DNA of 64,000 bases from Mobula birostris. Lineage: Eukaryota. This document shows positions 12,903 to 25,488 of the stretch, in pieces (positions within the stretch are counted from its first letter, which is position 1; the number at the start of each line of letters is the position of its first letter). The position numbers and the translations under genes are program-made. The DNA lies in assembly GCF_030028105.1 (NCBI RefSeq), contig NC_092375.1, positions 41,453,130 to 41,517,129 on the forward strand, written 5' to 3'. The notes beneath the pieces are model-generated. The model ran no database searches and was not told the DNA's origin. It saw only the letters and a program-made list of their open reading frames with translations.

Positions 12903-15900
12903 GTGAAGCCTCAGGTTGAAGAGAAAGCTGGAAAAATATTTGACGCATTTGTTGTCAAAGCCTACAAAACGCAAGTTGCAGCTGGGACCAACCACTATTT
13001 TAAAGTAAGTTTATCATCTAGGCATTTAGATATTTCAAAAATTCTTGGCTGTTTCTAATTCATTCACATTGTACGTTACTAAGCTCATGCATGATAACAT
13101 AAGTAGCTGCTTAAATTTGACAATGGCATTCATATTTATTTATTGAGTGCAGAATAGGCCCTTCTGGCCTTTCGAGCGATGCTCCCCAGCAATCCCCTGA
13201 TGTAGTCCTAGCTTGATTATAGTCCACTTTACAATGACCAATTAACCTATCAACCGGCACATCCTGGGACAGTGGGAGGAAACGGCAGCACCTGGAGGAA
13301 ACTCACAGTCACGGCAAGAACATAGAATAGTACAGCACAGGCCCTTCGGCCCACAATGTTGTGCCGACCCTCAAACCCTGCCTCTCATATATCCCCCCCA
13401 CCTTAAATTCCTCCATATACCTGTCTAGTAGTCTCTTAAACTTCACCAATGTATCTGCCTGCACCACTGACTCAGGCAGTGCATTCCACGCACCAACCAC
13501 TGAGTAAAAAATGTTCTTCTAATATCCCCCTTGAACTTCCCACCCCTTACCTTAAAGCCACGTCCTCTTGTATTGAGCAGTGGTGCCCTGGGGAAGAGGC
13601 ACTAGCTCTCCACTCTATCTATTCCTCTTATTATCTTGTACACCTCTATCATGTCTCCTTCTCTCCAAAGAGAGAAGCCCTAGCTCCCTTAATCTCTGAT
13701 CATAATACATTCTCCCTAAACCAGGCAGCATCCTGGTAAATCTCCTCTGTACCCTTTCCAATGCTTCCACATCCTTCCTATAGTGAGGCGACCAGTGTGG
13801 CCTAACCAGAGTTTTATAGAGCTGCATCATTACATCGTGACTCTTAAACTCTATCCCTTGACTTATGAAAGCTAACACCCCATAAGCTTTCTTAACTACA
13901 CTATCCACCAGTGAGGCAACTATAAGGGATCTGTGGACAAGTACCCCCAGAACCCTCTGCTCCTGCACAATACCAGGTATCCTGCCATTTACTTTGTACT
14001 CTGCCTTGGAGTTTGTCCTTCCAAAGTGTACCACCTCACACTTCTCCGGGTTGAACTCCATCTGCCACTTCTCAGCCCACTTCTGCATCCTATCAATGTC
14101 TCTCTGCAATCTTTGACAATCCTCTACACTATCTACAACACCACCAACCTTTGTGACATCTGCAAACTTGCCAACACACCCTTCTACCCCCACATCCAGG
14201 TCATTAATAAAAATCACAAAAAGTAGAGGTCCCAGAACAGATCCTTGTGGGACACCACTAGTCACAATCCTCCAATCTGAATGTACTCCCTCCACGACGA
14301 CCATCTGCCTTCTGCAGGCAAGCCAATTCTGAATACGTCTGGCCAAACTTCCCTGGATCACATGCCTTCTGACTTTCTGAATAAGCCTACCATGTGGAAC
14401 CTTGTCAAATGCCTTACTAAAATCCATATAGATCACATCCACTGCACTACCCTCATCTATATGCCTGGTCACCCCCTCAAATAATTCTATCAGGCTTGTT
14501 AGACACGATCTGCCCTTCACAAAGCTATGCTGACTGTCCCTGATCAGACCATAATTCTCTAAATGCCCAGAGATCCTATCTCTAAGAATCTTTCCCAACA
14601 GCTTTCCCACCACAGACGCAAGGCTCACTGGTGTATAATTACACGGACTATCCCTACTACCTTTTTTTGAACAAGGGAACAACATTCGTCTCCCTCCAAT
14701 CCTCCGGTACCATTCCCGTGGACAACAAGGACATAAAGATCCTAGCCAGAGGCTCAGCAATCTCTTCCCTCGCCTCGTGGAGCAGCCTGGGGAATATTCC
14801 ATCAGGCCCTGGGGACTTATCCATCCTAATGTATTTTAAGAAATCCAACACCTCCTCTCCCTTAATATCAACATGCTCCAGAACATCAACCTCACTCATA
14901 TTGTCCTCACCATCATCAAGTTCCCTCTCATTGGTGAATACTGTACCGAAGAGAAGTATTCATTGAGGGCCTCGCTCACTTCCACAGCCTCCAGGCACAT
15001 CTTCCCACCTTTATCTCTAATCAGTCCTACATTCACTCCTGTCATCCTTTTGTTCTTCACATAATTGAAGAATGCCTTGGAGTTTTCCTTTACCCTACTC
15101 ACCAAGGCCTTCTCATCCCCCTTCTTGCTCTTCTCAGCCCCTTCTTAAGCTCCTTTCTTGCTTCCCTATATTCCTCAATAGACCCATCTGATCCTTGCTT
15201 CCTAAACCTCATGTATGCTGCCTTCTTCCACCTGACTAGATTTTCCACCTCACTTGTCACCCATGGTTCCTTCACCCTACCATTCTTTATCTTCCTCACT
15301 GGGACAAATTTATCCCTAGCATCTTGCAAGAGATCTCTAAACATCAACCACATGTCCATAGTACATTTCCCTGCAAAAACATCATCCCAATTCACACCTG
15401 CAAGTTCTAGCCTTATAGCCTCATAATTTGCCCTTCCCCAATTAAAAATTTTCCTGTCCTCTCTGATTCTATCCTTTTCCATGATAATGCTAAAGGCCAG
15501 GGAGCAGTGGTCACTGTCCCCCAGATGCTTACCCACTGAGAGATCTGTGACCTGAACCGGTTCATTACCTAGTACTAGATCTAGTATGGCATTCTCCCTA
15601 GTCAGCCTGTCCACATACCATGACAGGAATCCGTCCTGGACACACTTAACAAACTCTGCCCCATCTAAACCCTTGGAACTAATCAGGTGCCAATCAATAT
15701 TAGGAAAGTTAAAGTCACCCATGATAACACCCCTGTTATTTTTGCACCTTTCCAAAATCTGCCTCCCAATCTGCTCCTCTGTATCTCTGCTGCTACCAGG
15801 GGGCCTATAGAATACCCCCAGTAGAGTAACTGCTCCCTTCCTGTTCCTGACTTCCACCCATATTGACTCAGAGGATCCTGCTACATTACCCATCCTTTCT

Positions 15901-18900
15901 GTAGCTGTAATAGTATCCCTGACCAGTAATGCCACCCCTCCTCCTCTTTTCCTCCCTCTCTAACCCTTTTAAAGCACTGAAATCCAGGAATATTGAGAAT
16001 CCATTCCTGCCCTGGTGCCAGCCAAGTCTCTGTAATGGCCACTACATCATAATTCCAGGTGTGTATACAAGCTTTCAGTTCATCACCTTTGTTCCTGATG
16101 CTTCTTGCATTGAGGTACACACATTTCAGCCCTTCTACCTTTACACCCTTTATTCTGCTTCTCGTTCCTCAAAGCCTCTTTATGTTAGATCTGGCTTTAC
16201 TCCATGCACTTCTTTCACTGCTCTATCGCTCTGGGTCCCATCCCCCTTGCAAATTAGTTTAAACCCTCCCGAATCATGCTAGCAAACCTACCTGCAAGGA
16301 TATTGCTCCCCCTCGAACTCAGGTGCAACCCATCCAATCTGTACAGGTCCCACCTTCCCCAGAAGAGATCCTAATGATCCAAAAATCTGAAACCCTGCCC
16401 CCTGCACCAACTCCTCAGCCACGCATTCAACTGCCATCTCCTCCAATTCGTACCATCACTATCACGTAGCACTGGCAGCAATCCTGAGAACACCACCCTT
16501 GAGGTTCTGTTCTTCAGCCTTCTGCCTAGTTCCCGAAATTCACACCTCAGGACCTCATCCCTCTTCCTGCCTATGTCATTGGTCCCAACATGTATCACAA
16601 CTTCTGGTTGCTTTTCCTCTCGTACCAGGATGTCATGCACCCAGTCAGAGACATCCCAGACCCTGGTACCCAGGAGGCAACAAACCATGCGGGTGTCCTT
16701 CTCACACCCACAAAATCTCCTGTCTGCTCCCCTGACTATAGTGTCTCCAATGATGACAGCTCTCCTCTTCTCCATCCCACCCTACTGCACCACCGGGTCA
16801 GACTCAGTGCCAGAGGCCCTGCCACCGTGGCTCACACCTGGTCAGTCATCCCCACCAACAATATCCAGGACGGTAAACTTTTTATTCAGGGAATGGCTAC
16901 AGGGGTGCTCTGCACTACCTGTCTGCTCACCTTCACTTTCCCCCCTCTGACTGTCACCCAACAACCTGCTTCCAACAGCCTAGGTGTGACTACCTCCCTG
17001 TAGCTCTCATCTATGACTGCCTCATTCTCATTTGAGTCAAAGATCATCCAGCTGCTGCTCCAGATTCCTTACACAGTCTTCCAGATCACCCAGCCATATG
17101 AACTTCTGGCAGATGTGACTCTGCAGGAGAGGGGAGTTCCCCCAAGACTGCCACATCCCACATGTGAGGCACATCACTGTCTCAGGAGACATTGTAAAGA
17201 CTAACTGCAAGCAAGCTTGTCCTCCACCTCTTCTAGTCAAAGCCTCAGAGCTCCACTCCTTCACTGGCCCACTCACTCACTGGCCACTTTCCACAGGCCA
17301 TTTTGCTTGAGCTACCCCTCTATTTATCTGTCTGAGCTTTTCAAAATGGTTGGTCACCTGACCTCAATTGTCCAATCAGCTGCTTTCTGCTGAGTCTGAG
17401 ATATTCAAATCTTGATTGTCTAATCAATGGCTTTCTGCTGATCTATTCAAATCTTGATTGACTTGATTGCAAAGACCAACTGCCAAAACTGTCAGAATCT
17501 CTCGAGTCAAAGCCTCAAAGCTCCACTCCTTCACTGGCCCACTCACGCACTGGCTGCTTTCCACAGGCCGCTTCGCTTGAGCTATCCCTCTATTTATCTG
17601 TTTGAGCTTTTCAAAATGCTTGAATGTACAAAATTCAGAATGTACAAACTCCTTCCACATACTTCTACTTACGAAAGTAAAGCTATTGAAATGTTACTTT
17701 GGCAGTGAGGAAAGGCAAATTTCCAAGTTGACCCTTTTTACAACAACTCTTAGATGCATTTTCTGTGTAAGGAATAGAAGATGGAAGTGGGTCATGTGGC
17801 CCACCCTGCTACTCAATTCAGGCATGGTTTACATTGGTACCTTTTTCCTGCCATATCCCTAGACCCTCTATTATAGACTTTAGATCTGAATGCACTTTGC
17901 CTGCACAGTCCTCCAGGCCGGGAAGTTCCAAACCTTCACTAAGTGAAGAACAATCTTATTTCTGGTCTGGATCACCTACCCCTCGTGTAACTGATGCCCA
18001 GTCCTAGACTCCTCAGCTGAAAGTACATCTGTCTAGTTTTGGCCCTCAAGTATTGCATTGTTCGGGGAGATTGCCTCTTTCTTGAAACTGCAAAGTGAGA
18101 CTCTGCCTTCTCAATATCCTGTCATATGATAGAGCTAGTCTGACTCTTTACTCCACTCTACAAAAATAAGAAAACCCGAACATGGTATTCCAGAAGTAGG
18201 CTCATCAAATGTCTATATAATAGCAATGATGTATTTACATTTGTACCCAGATCCTCTAGTTTGACTACTCACCTGCTGGCTGCAGTGTATGGTGCCTTTT
18301 AGTGACTTGTGTACAAGGATGCCCAGTCTTTCTAAACACTAGCATTTCCCAATATATTTTTCATTGGTCAAAAACAGCAGATACTTCAGTGTTTTTTTTA
18401 CAAAGTGGTTGTGAAATATGTACAGTATGCCAGAGTTTGAGAAAAGTAAAAATATTTTGTTTTATAGGAACTTGTAGAAGACTGTACTACAATTTTTGCT
18501 TGCCATGTTGCAACTAGACTATCCCTTTATTGTTCATTATTATTATTAACCCCTCTGTTGTCACATGCCACTAACCTCTTTTGCAATTTAACTTTTTCTG
18601 CCTTCTACCATATCAGAGCATCCACATTGTCCTGTCATTTCACCCAATATTTCTGCATTTATTTAGTGCTGATAAAATAGTGTTTAACTCTCCATAAGTG
18701 CAGTGGTTTGAGATTTTTTATCGTACTAATAAGACTTATTAGTACATAGGTTGAGATGCTAGCTTGAACAATTTTATTTTATTTGGTTAGATCCATGTTG
18801 GTGGCAGTGACTACATTCACGTCAAAGTATATGAAATGCTTCCTTGTCATGGAGGTGAAAAGCAGATACTGGACATCCAGAGCAACAAATCAAAGGATGA

Positions 18901-18919
18901 AGAACTAACTTTCTTTTGA
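12903..18919 (+). pseudogene. CSTB: Stefin copy B: exon 2 (12903-13004) and exon 3 (18791-18919) are open, exon 1 is deleted
   Basis: Encodes VKPQVEEKAGKIFDAFVVKAYKTQVAAGTNHYFK and IHVGGSDYIHVKVYEMLPCHGGEKQILDIQSNKSKDEELTFF* with intact splice sites. The promoter/5' UTR match to copy C stops at 10012, where a LINE begins; no exon-1 coding sequence was found. Confidence 0.8.
13321..17620 (-). mobile_element. Near full-length CR1 LINE (5' UTR, SGNH-esterase ORF1, APE endonuclease, RT) in intron 2 of copy B
   Basis: ORF1 GDTIVRG/HVGTND (16371-16775); endonuclease YLNARSIRNK, ITETW, GDFNFP, SDH (15099-16120); RT (13615-14899). Empty site in copy C at about 32670, inside an HE1-like SINE fragment. 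Confidence 0.93.
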
Positions 18920-19052
18920 ATACAAAATATCTTGCTGTCAGTGCTCTAGGCTTATGCAAAGGTAGTTTGTTTTATATTTTTAAGCTTTTCTCTTTTGGCT
19001 TTATCAAAACTGGGGACATTCTTATTTTGCATCAACTTCTAGCCATATAAAC

Positions 19053-19703
19053 CAGCGGTCCCCAACCACCGGGCCGCAAAGCATGTGCTACCGGCTGCGA
19101 GGAAATAATATGAGTCAGCTGCACCTTTCCTCATTCCCTGCCACGCGCTGTTGAACTTGAACGTAGGGTTGCCAACGGTTCCGTATATGCCGGGACATCC
19201 CGTATATTGGGCTAAATTGGTTTCTCCCATATGGGACCGCCCCTGTCCCGTATTTCCCCCTGCTTAGGTAGAGCGTTCCCATGAAACCTTTCGTGCCGAA
19301 ATGGTGTGAAGCGAAGAAGCAATTACCATTAATTTATATGGGAAAAATTTTTGAGTGTTCCCAGACCCAAAAAAAACCTACCAAATCATACCAAATAACA
19401 CATAAAACCGAAAATAAGTAACACTAACATATAGTAAAAGCAGGAATGATATGATAAATACACAGCCTATATTAAGTAGAAATGATGTTATGTATAGTTG
19501 GGAAGATGAAGGCAAAACCAATCGGGGGGGGGGGCAGCACGTATGCGCATGCGCACACAGGTGCCCGTGCAAGACTTCATGGTCACCATAGTCTTCCTGG
19601 GGTAAAGTGTCCTGGGATTTGACTGCTACTTTTGTCCCTTATTTGGGAGTGAGAAAGTTGGCAACCCTAACTGTAAAAGACAAGTTGAGGTTGGGGACCC
19701 CTG
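19053..19703. mobile_element. Non-autonomous hAT element (651 bp) in the 3' UTR of copy B
   Basis: TIRs CAGCGGTCCCCAACC / GGTTGGGGACCCCTG. Perfect 8-bp TSD ATATAAAC (19045-19052, 19704-19711). Absent from copies A and C. Confidence 0.92.
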
Positions 19704-19918
19704 ATATAAACCATATCATGTGGTTGGGAGAAGAGTGCAGAGGTTCAAGAAGTTTGATTATGTATACCATCCTTGAACTAACAAAGATTTTTTATAATCA
19801 AAGCTTATTGTGGTGAATTCAATTTGTGTAATGAAAAGAACCAGCATAATTTTTGAACTAAATTGTTTTTATTGAGATTATGTATACTTTTTATTGTACC
19901 CTGCAGTTTATTTTAAGA

Positions 19919-19924
19919 AATAAA
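19919..19924 (+). terminator. Candidate polyadenylation signal, copy B
   Basis: AATAAA at the position paralogous to 4943 and 33871. Confidence 0.5.
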
Positions 19925-22149
19925 TGCACTTGCTACTGCTTGTCAAAGGATTTTATTGCTTTAATACAGCATTACAGAAATGATGTCTTTTTAACCTGGT
20001 GTTTAAAAGACATCTTCCTAATTGATTAGAATTATTATTTCATCTTTCAGTCAGTGTACTTCCTCTTTTGTAGAACTTCTGACAATTTTAAGTACTTCCA
20101 GATATCAATTAATTTTTACCAAGATGATTGAAAATACTATCAAATAAAGATGTCATTCTTGCCACTATGTTACAGTTGGGAAATGCTGAAAGTGCAGGAA
20201 GCTTCAATCTGTTAATAATTTTATTAGATCAATGGTCTTCAAGAAGTACTGCAACCACTAAATCAATACATTAGGAAATCCAGCTCTATTTAGCAATTAT
20301 CACTATTCATTTGAACAAAGACATGTCAGACCTTTGAGTGGAATAAACAATTCTTCTGCACTTTGAACAATTGTTCCTGCTACTCTCATTAAAGAGATGG
20401 TGATAAGTATGTGTTTCTGCAGTGTTGGACTTGAATTCACTATGAATATTTAGTAAATTGTAGCAGAAAGCTAGTAGTTCTCAAAATTAATCCTGAAATT
20501 CTGTGTGAAAAAGGAAAAGCTCCTAGATTTTGGGTTGGGTCTTGTAGATTAGGAAAATTATTCCAAACTTGTTCCCTGCTGCTTAGAGACCTATATAGAG
20601 TTTATGCCAAATTGGACCTTCACTCAACCCTTCAAGGGCTACATTTGATGTTATGGATAAATGTCAATGTACTACAATTAGATTTGAATAACTTTGGCAA
20701 TACTAAAATTAAACTGGCACATTTAGTACAGTTCATTAAGGTAAAAAAGACATGTACAGTCTAACTATAAACAAGCTGTTCTACAAACTTTGAAATGCCA
20801 GGTACAATTAAAATGAGAAAAAATTTCAAAGCGAGGAAAATGTACTGCATAGATTGCTCCTAAGAGTTCAAACTTTCACAGCAGGCCCTGACAGTATTGA
20901 AATGGAATTGCAAGTACTTGGACATTAAAATAATCAATAAAAAACAAATTCTTTGTTGTTTTTAATGAGGGGAGGTCCAGGTCTTTCAAAGGAGTACATT
21001 TCACACTATCTGCACCTACACCAAGCTTAAAAGCACCAGTGGATGTTAATACATATGACATACTCCAGATATAAAGTATTGTTTCATTCATTGTGATTTC
21101 TTCAAGAACATGAATTATGTTATACAAAATTGAGTGTCAACCTTTCACCACATGAACAGACAGACCTTTTAAATCTTAAGATGTATTCCAAGTTTCATGA
21201 AAATAATGGAACTGATGACATTTATGATTAAGTGAATCCTCTTGTATATGAACACAGTAGCAATGTCACTTCACCCATTTCAATGATTATTTTTCATGTA
21301 TCATTGCCTGTATGTTTATTCCACAGGGTAATACTTGTTGGAAGCAGCTTCTGAGCAACTTGGTTATGTGCAGGTGTAAAAAAGGGAAGTATTCCTTATC
21401 CCCACCTCCAGATTGTTTTTATTTAATGGAGAGAGTACAAAAGGTAAAAGCCAGGGATAACTGAATAAATACTTTGGTAACTAAAGAAATGTTTGCCACT
21501 TTGTCTACATCTCCCATCAAACATGCAAGAAAACTGAATAATGGTAGAAATTAAGTCCTGTGGTAAAGGGTGTGAGGCCCTTTCACCCTTTTTCCACCTT
21601 ATAGGGAATAGGCAAGCCAATTACATTTTTAAAAATTTTATAAAATGGATACAGAATGAATGTACAAGACAAATGTCTCAAAATGAAGATGAGCCTGAGG
21701 AAAGGATTCTAATTTAATAAACTGTATTGTTAATATGTAATTTTCAACTGTTACTGGCCTTAATTCCTTGCCTTGAACACCACAGGTGACAATAGTCTGT
21801 CAAAATCTAATGTCTCAATTTAGTCTTCAGAATTTGTTACAATGTGCGTAGCTTAATCATCATGATTTTATTCTGTACACTTAGCTAAGGAAATGCACTA
21901 TGTCGATTGGGAGATGAATCAATACTTGCATTTCAAGTTACCAAGTGAGTGATGGAACAGGAAATTCAAATAGTATTAATTACAATCAAAGTCAAAAAGG
22001 TAACACTTTAAAAATACAATTTTTTTTCAACTTAAAGCTCTGACTATTCATTCTAAGCGAAATAATCTTGAAAAATTGCGATATTGTCCAGTAATTATGC
22101 ACAGGACAAATGGAAAAATAAGTGTAATAAGAACAGACATTTCCAGGTA

Positions 22150-23078
22150 TACTTTATACTTTATTGTCGCCAAACAATTGATACTAGAACATACAATCAT
22201 CACAGTGATATTTGATTCTGTGCTTCCCACTCCCTGGAGTGGGAAGCACAGTAAATTGATAGTAAATATTTAAAAAATTTAAATTATAAATCATAAATTT
22301 AAGTTAGTCCAAAAAAAACCGAGAGGCAGGTCCGGATATTTGGAGGGTACGGCCCAGATCTAGGTCAGAATCCGCTTAGCAGTCTTATCACAGTTGGAAA
22401 GAAGCTGTTCCCAAATCTGACCGTACGAGTCTTCAAGCTCCTGAGCCTTCTCCTGAAGGGAAGGGGGACCAAAAGTGTGTTGGCTGGGTGGGTCGTGTCC
22501 TTGATTATCCTGGCAGCACTGCTCCGACAGCGTGCGGTGTAAAGTGAGTCCAAGGATGGAAGATTGGTTTGTGTGATGTGCTGCGCCGTATTCACGATCT
22601 TCTGCAGCTTCTTTCGGTCTTGGACAGGACAACTTCCATACCAGGTTGTGTTGCACCCCAGAAGAATGCTTTCTACAGTGCATCTATAAAAATTAGTGAG
22701 GGTTTTAGGGGACAGGCCAAACTACTTTAGTTTTCTCAGGAAGTAAAGGCACTGATGGGCCTTCTTGGCAGTGGACTCTGCTTGGTTGGACCAAGTCAGG
22801 TCATTTGTGATATTGACCCCGAGGAACTTTTGACCTGTTCCACTTGCGCACCACTGATGTAAATTGGGTCGTATGGTCCACTACTCCTTCTGAAGTCGAC
22901 AACCAATTCCTTCATTTTGCTGACATTGAGGGATAGGTTATTGTCTTCGCGCCATGCCACCAGGTTCTTAATTTCCTCTCTGTACTCAAACTCATCATTA
23001 CCCGAGATACAGCCTACAATTGTTGTGTCATCAGCAAACTTATATATTGAGTTCAATGGAAACTTGGCTACACAATCA
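22150..23078 (-). mobile_element. 5'-truncated Rex1/Babar-like LINE, specific to unit B
   Basis: KFADDTTIVGCISGNDEFEYREEIKNL and RFGNSFFPTVIRLL. Empty site CCAGGTATATTCCCTGGCATAAAC in units A and C. Confidence 0.8.
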
Positions 23079-23396
23079 TGGCATAAACAGAACTGTTCCA
23101 TATGAAATTTTTTTAAAATTATGAAAGATTTCTTATGTTATTCAAAATGATTTCTTTTTTTGAAAAGCTTGCAGCATAAGAAATTGGTGGAAACCAATTT
23201 TACAGGCTGGCTTAGGTAACTACTAGAATTACACTTTTCTCTCAATGATAAAAGGCCCATCCTAACAACTCTTGGCTTATACCCATAACCGGTCCCTGTG
23301 ATGGTCCACTGTGCTTTCACCCAAATAACTTCAACGTAATTCATTCTTTTCAAGCCATGGGTAGGCAGAGTCTGGCCTGTCTTCAATGATTCAGGT

Positions 23397-23447
23397 TCAC
23401 AGGTTGTTTGAAGGCTTGTAATGAATTCTGCAGTGTTCCTGGAAGAC
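23397..23447 (-). pseudogene. MIX23: Duplicated MIX23 terminal exon (unit B), decayed
   Basis: Encodes VFQEHCRIHYKPSNNL* (two substitutions). Acceptor changed from caaag| to caagg|, so the nearest AG is 1 nt out of frame. Confidence 0.82.
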
Positions 23448-24959
23448 CCTTGTAAAGTTTAAAGAAAAAAAAATCAAATTCCTGATACTGTAATTTGCTT
23501 TAATCTTCAAATCCAACTGCAGGTCAAATATTGCTTAATACACCACATAAAAGCTTTGATCAGCGTGACTTTGTCTTGTACTAAGAAACACATTTTATGT
23601 CCTGTTCTTCACCAGTTTAAAACCAACATGCTTGATTAAAATGATGGGGGGTAAATTTGCCTCCAGGCCCAACATTTTGAATGGAATATGCCAAAATCAT
23701 ACAGCGCAGAAACAGGTTGATTGTCCAACTAGCCCAATAAAGACACTCATCTGGACTAGTCCCATATTCCTCGAAAGCTTTCCTTTCCAATTATCTTTTA
23801 AATCTTTTTGATGTTCCCTGCCTCAACAAATTCATCTATTCATTCCACATATGGACCAACCTCTGAGTAAAAAAGTGGCCACTCAGATCCCTCTAACTCT
23901 AAACCCTTTTTCTTCAGTTCCTGATTTGCCAACCTTGGGGAAAAAAAGACTGTGCACATTCACCCTACCTATGCACCTCATTCTCCTACACTCCAATGAA
24001 GACCCTCGTAAATCTCCTCTGCACTCTTTCCAACTCAGTCGTATTTTTTCCCTATAGCAGCATCAACACAATTTTCCAAATGTGGCCTCATCAATAACTA
24101 CAACAATAACATCCCATCATCCATGCTCAGTGCCACGACTGATGAAGCCCAGCATGCCAAAAGCTGCTTTTGTGACCCTACTTTCAGGAAAGGATGTATT
24201 TGTACTCTTAGATCCCTCTATCCTACAGTGCACCCCAGGGTCCTGCTATACAATGTGAAAGTCCTAAGCTCAGTTGTCCTCCCAAAATGCAACACCTTAC
24301 AATCATCCACATTTTCCTTTCCTCAGCCCTTTTCCCTGTCTGATTACAATCCCTCTTCATATCCTGACAACTGTCTTCACCATCTACAATAACTACTTTA
24401 GTATTTGCAAATTTACACTTCATCCAAGTCATTGATATAACCTGGATGACACATGGGAATGGGCCTAACACTGAGCCCTGGGGAAAACTGCTAGTCACAG
24501 GCCTCTAGTCCAAAAAGCAAACTTCCACCCTCTGCTGCTCCCTACTATCAAGCAACTTGTGTATCCTATATAAAAGTGGATTCAATCTGGCTACAATATG
24601 CACCATAATCAAGAAAGATGCATCTACTCAATGTACAAGCTCTCGAGGAATTACAAAATTGGATGAACTGTTAAACGGAAGACTGGAGTCTAACCCACGT
24701 AGTTTCTTCGTTACAGAGCATTCAAAGCAAAAAGGCGGTTCAGAATCCAGTAATGGAAAACATAATTCTCCGATTTTCTGCAGATGCCGCATCACAGGGA
24801 GGACAACCATTACACAATTCAAAGAAAAAGTTGTTCATCCAAGCAGCATGGGAGTAAAGAAAGTAACAGAAAATAATATTAAACTGCAGTAAACGTACGT
24901 TCCGATATATTAACCTGAGTTAGGTTTTCTTCTCGAAACTGCAAACATCTCGTTTGCTA

Positions 24960-25113
24960 ACTTTGCAGTATTTCTTCCTGTTGCAATCAGCTGACCTCCC
25001 CTTACGTCATCTTGGTAATCGCGAGCGAGGTTGTGTCATGTGGCAAGAGCTCATAAATTGCGGGATCGGGACGGGTTCGCTTGTCACCAGGCGGAGTGTC
25101 GGCGAGGATAACC
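24960..25113 (+). promoter_or_regulatory. Proximal promoter and 5' UTR of cystatin copy C
   Basis: Locally CpG-rich. TATA-like CATAAA at 25052, CRE-like TTACGTCA at 25002, C/EBP-like TTGCAAT at 24981, Kozak ACCATG. Motif function is untested. Paralogous promoter at about 9860-10012. Confidence 0.55.
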
Positions 25114-25194
25114 ATGAGCACGAAGGGCGTTTGCTGTGGCGGGATCAGCGAGGGGAAGGCTGTCACCCAGGAGGTTCAACAGCTTGCCGATTCA
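25114..25194 (+). CDS. CSTB: Stefin copy C, exon 1
   Basis: accATG...TCA|gtgagt, 81 nt, phase 0. Encodes MSTKGVCCGGISEGKAVTQEVQQLADS, with the conserved N-terminal Gly and helix of stefins. Confidence 0.9.
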
Positions 25195-25488
25195 GTGAGT
25201 GCACTTCATGTACAGCGTCATGACTCTGAATCTTCCTCTCGAAGCGTTACCGTATACATGTCCACCCCAATGCTTTGAGCATAAGGAAACTTTTCAAAGT
25301 GGGTCACGGAGATTGTTTGAACTCGGAAAAAAATCCCAATAGTGGACAGTAAAGCCCAGCGGGTGGGAGGTGAGGCCAAGGAGGAAGGTCGAATTCGTGG
25401 TAGAGCTTAAGGTGACTTGGGTGTGAAGAAAGAGATTCAGAATTCACTCACAAACCACCCGGCTCAATTGTGTTTTTTTTCCTGCACG

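Larger units (their letters stand above)
9616..24690 (+). repeat. Tandem segmental duplication unit B (about 15.1 kb)
   Basis: Collinear with unit A (window start to 9615) and unit C. The same junction (..GACTGGAGTC|TAACCCACG) occurs at 9615 and 24690. Confidence 0.9.

Noticed and set aside
23138-23386. Recurrent ORF MKTGQTLPTHGLKRMN... (also 36165-36428) as a novel gene
   Set aside because: It starts at TTG, lies in the MIX23 3' UTR copy, and has a stop in unit A. Recurrence is explained by the duplication.
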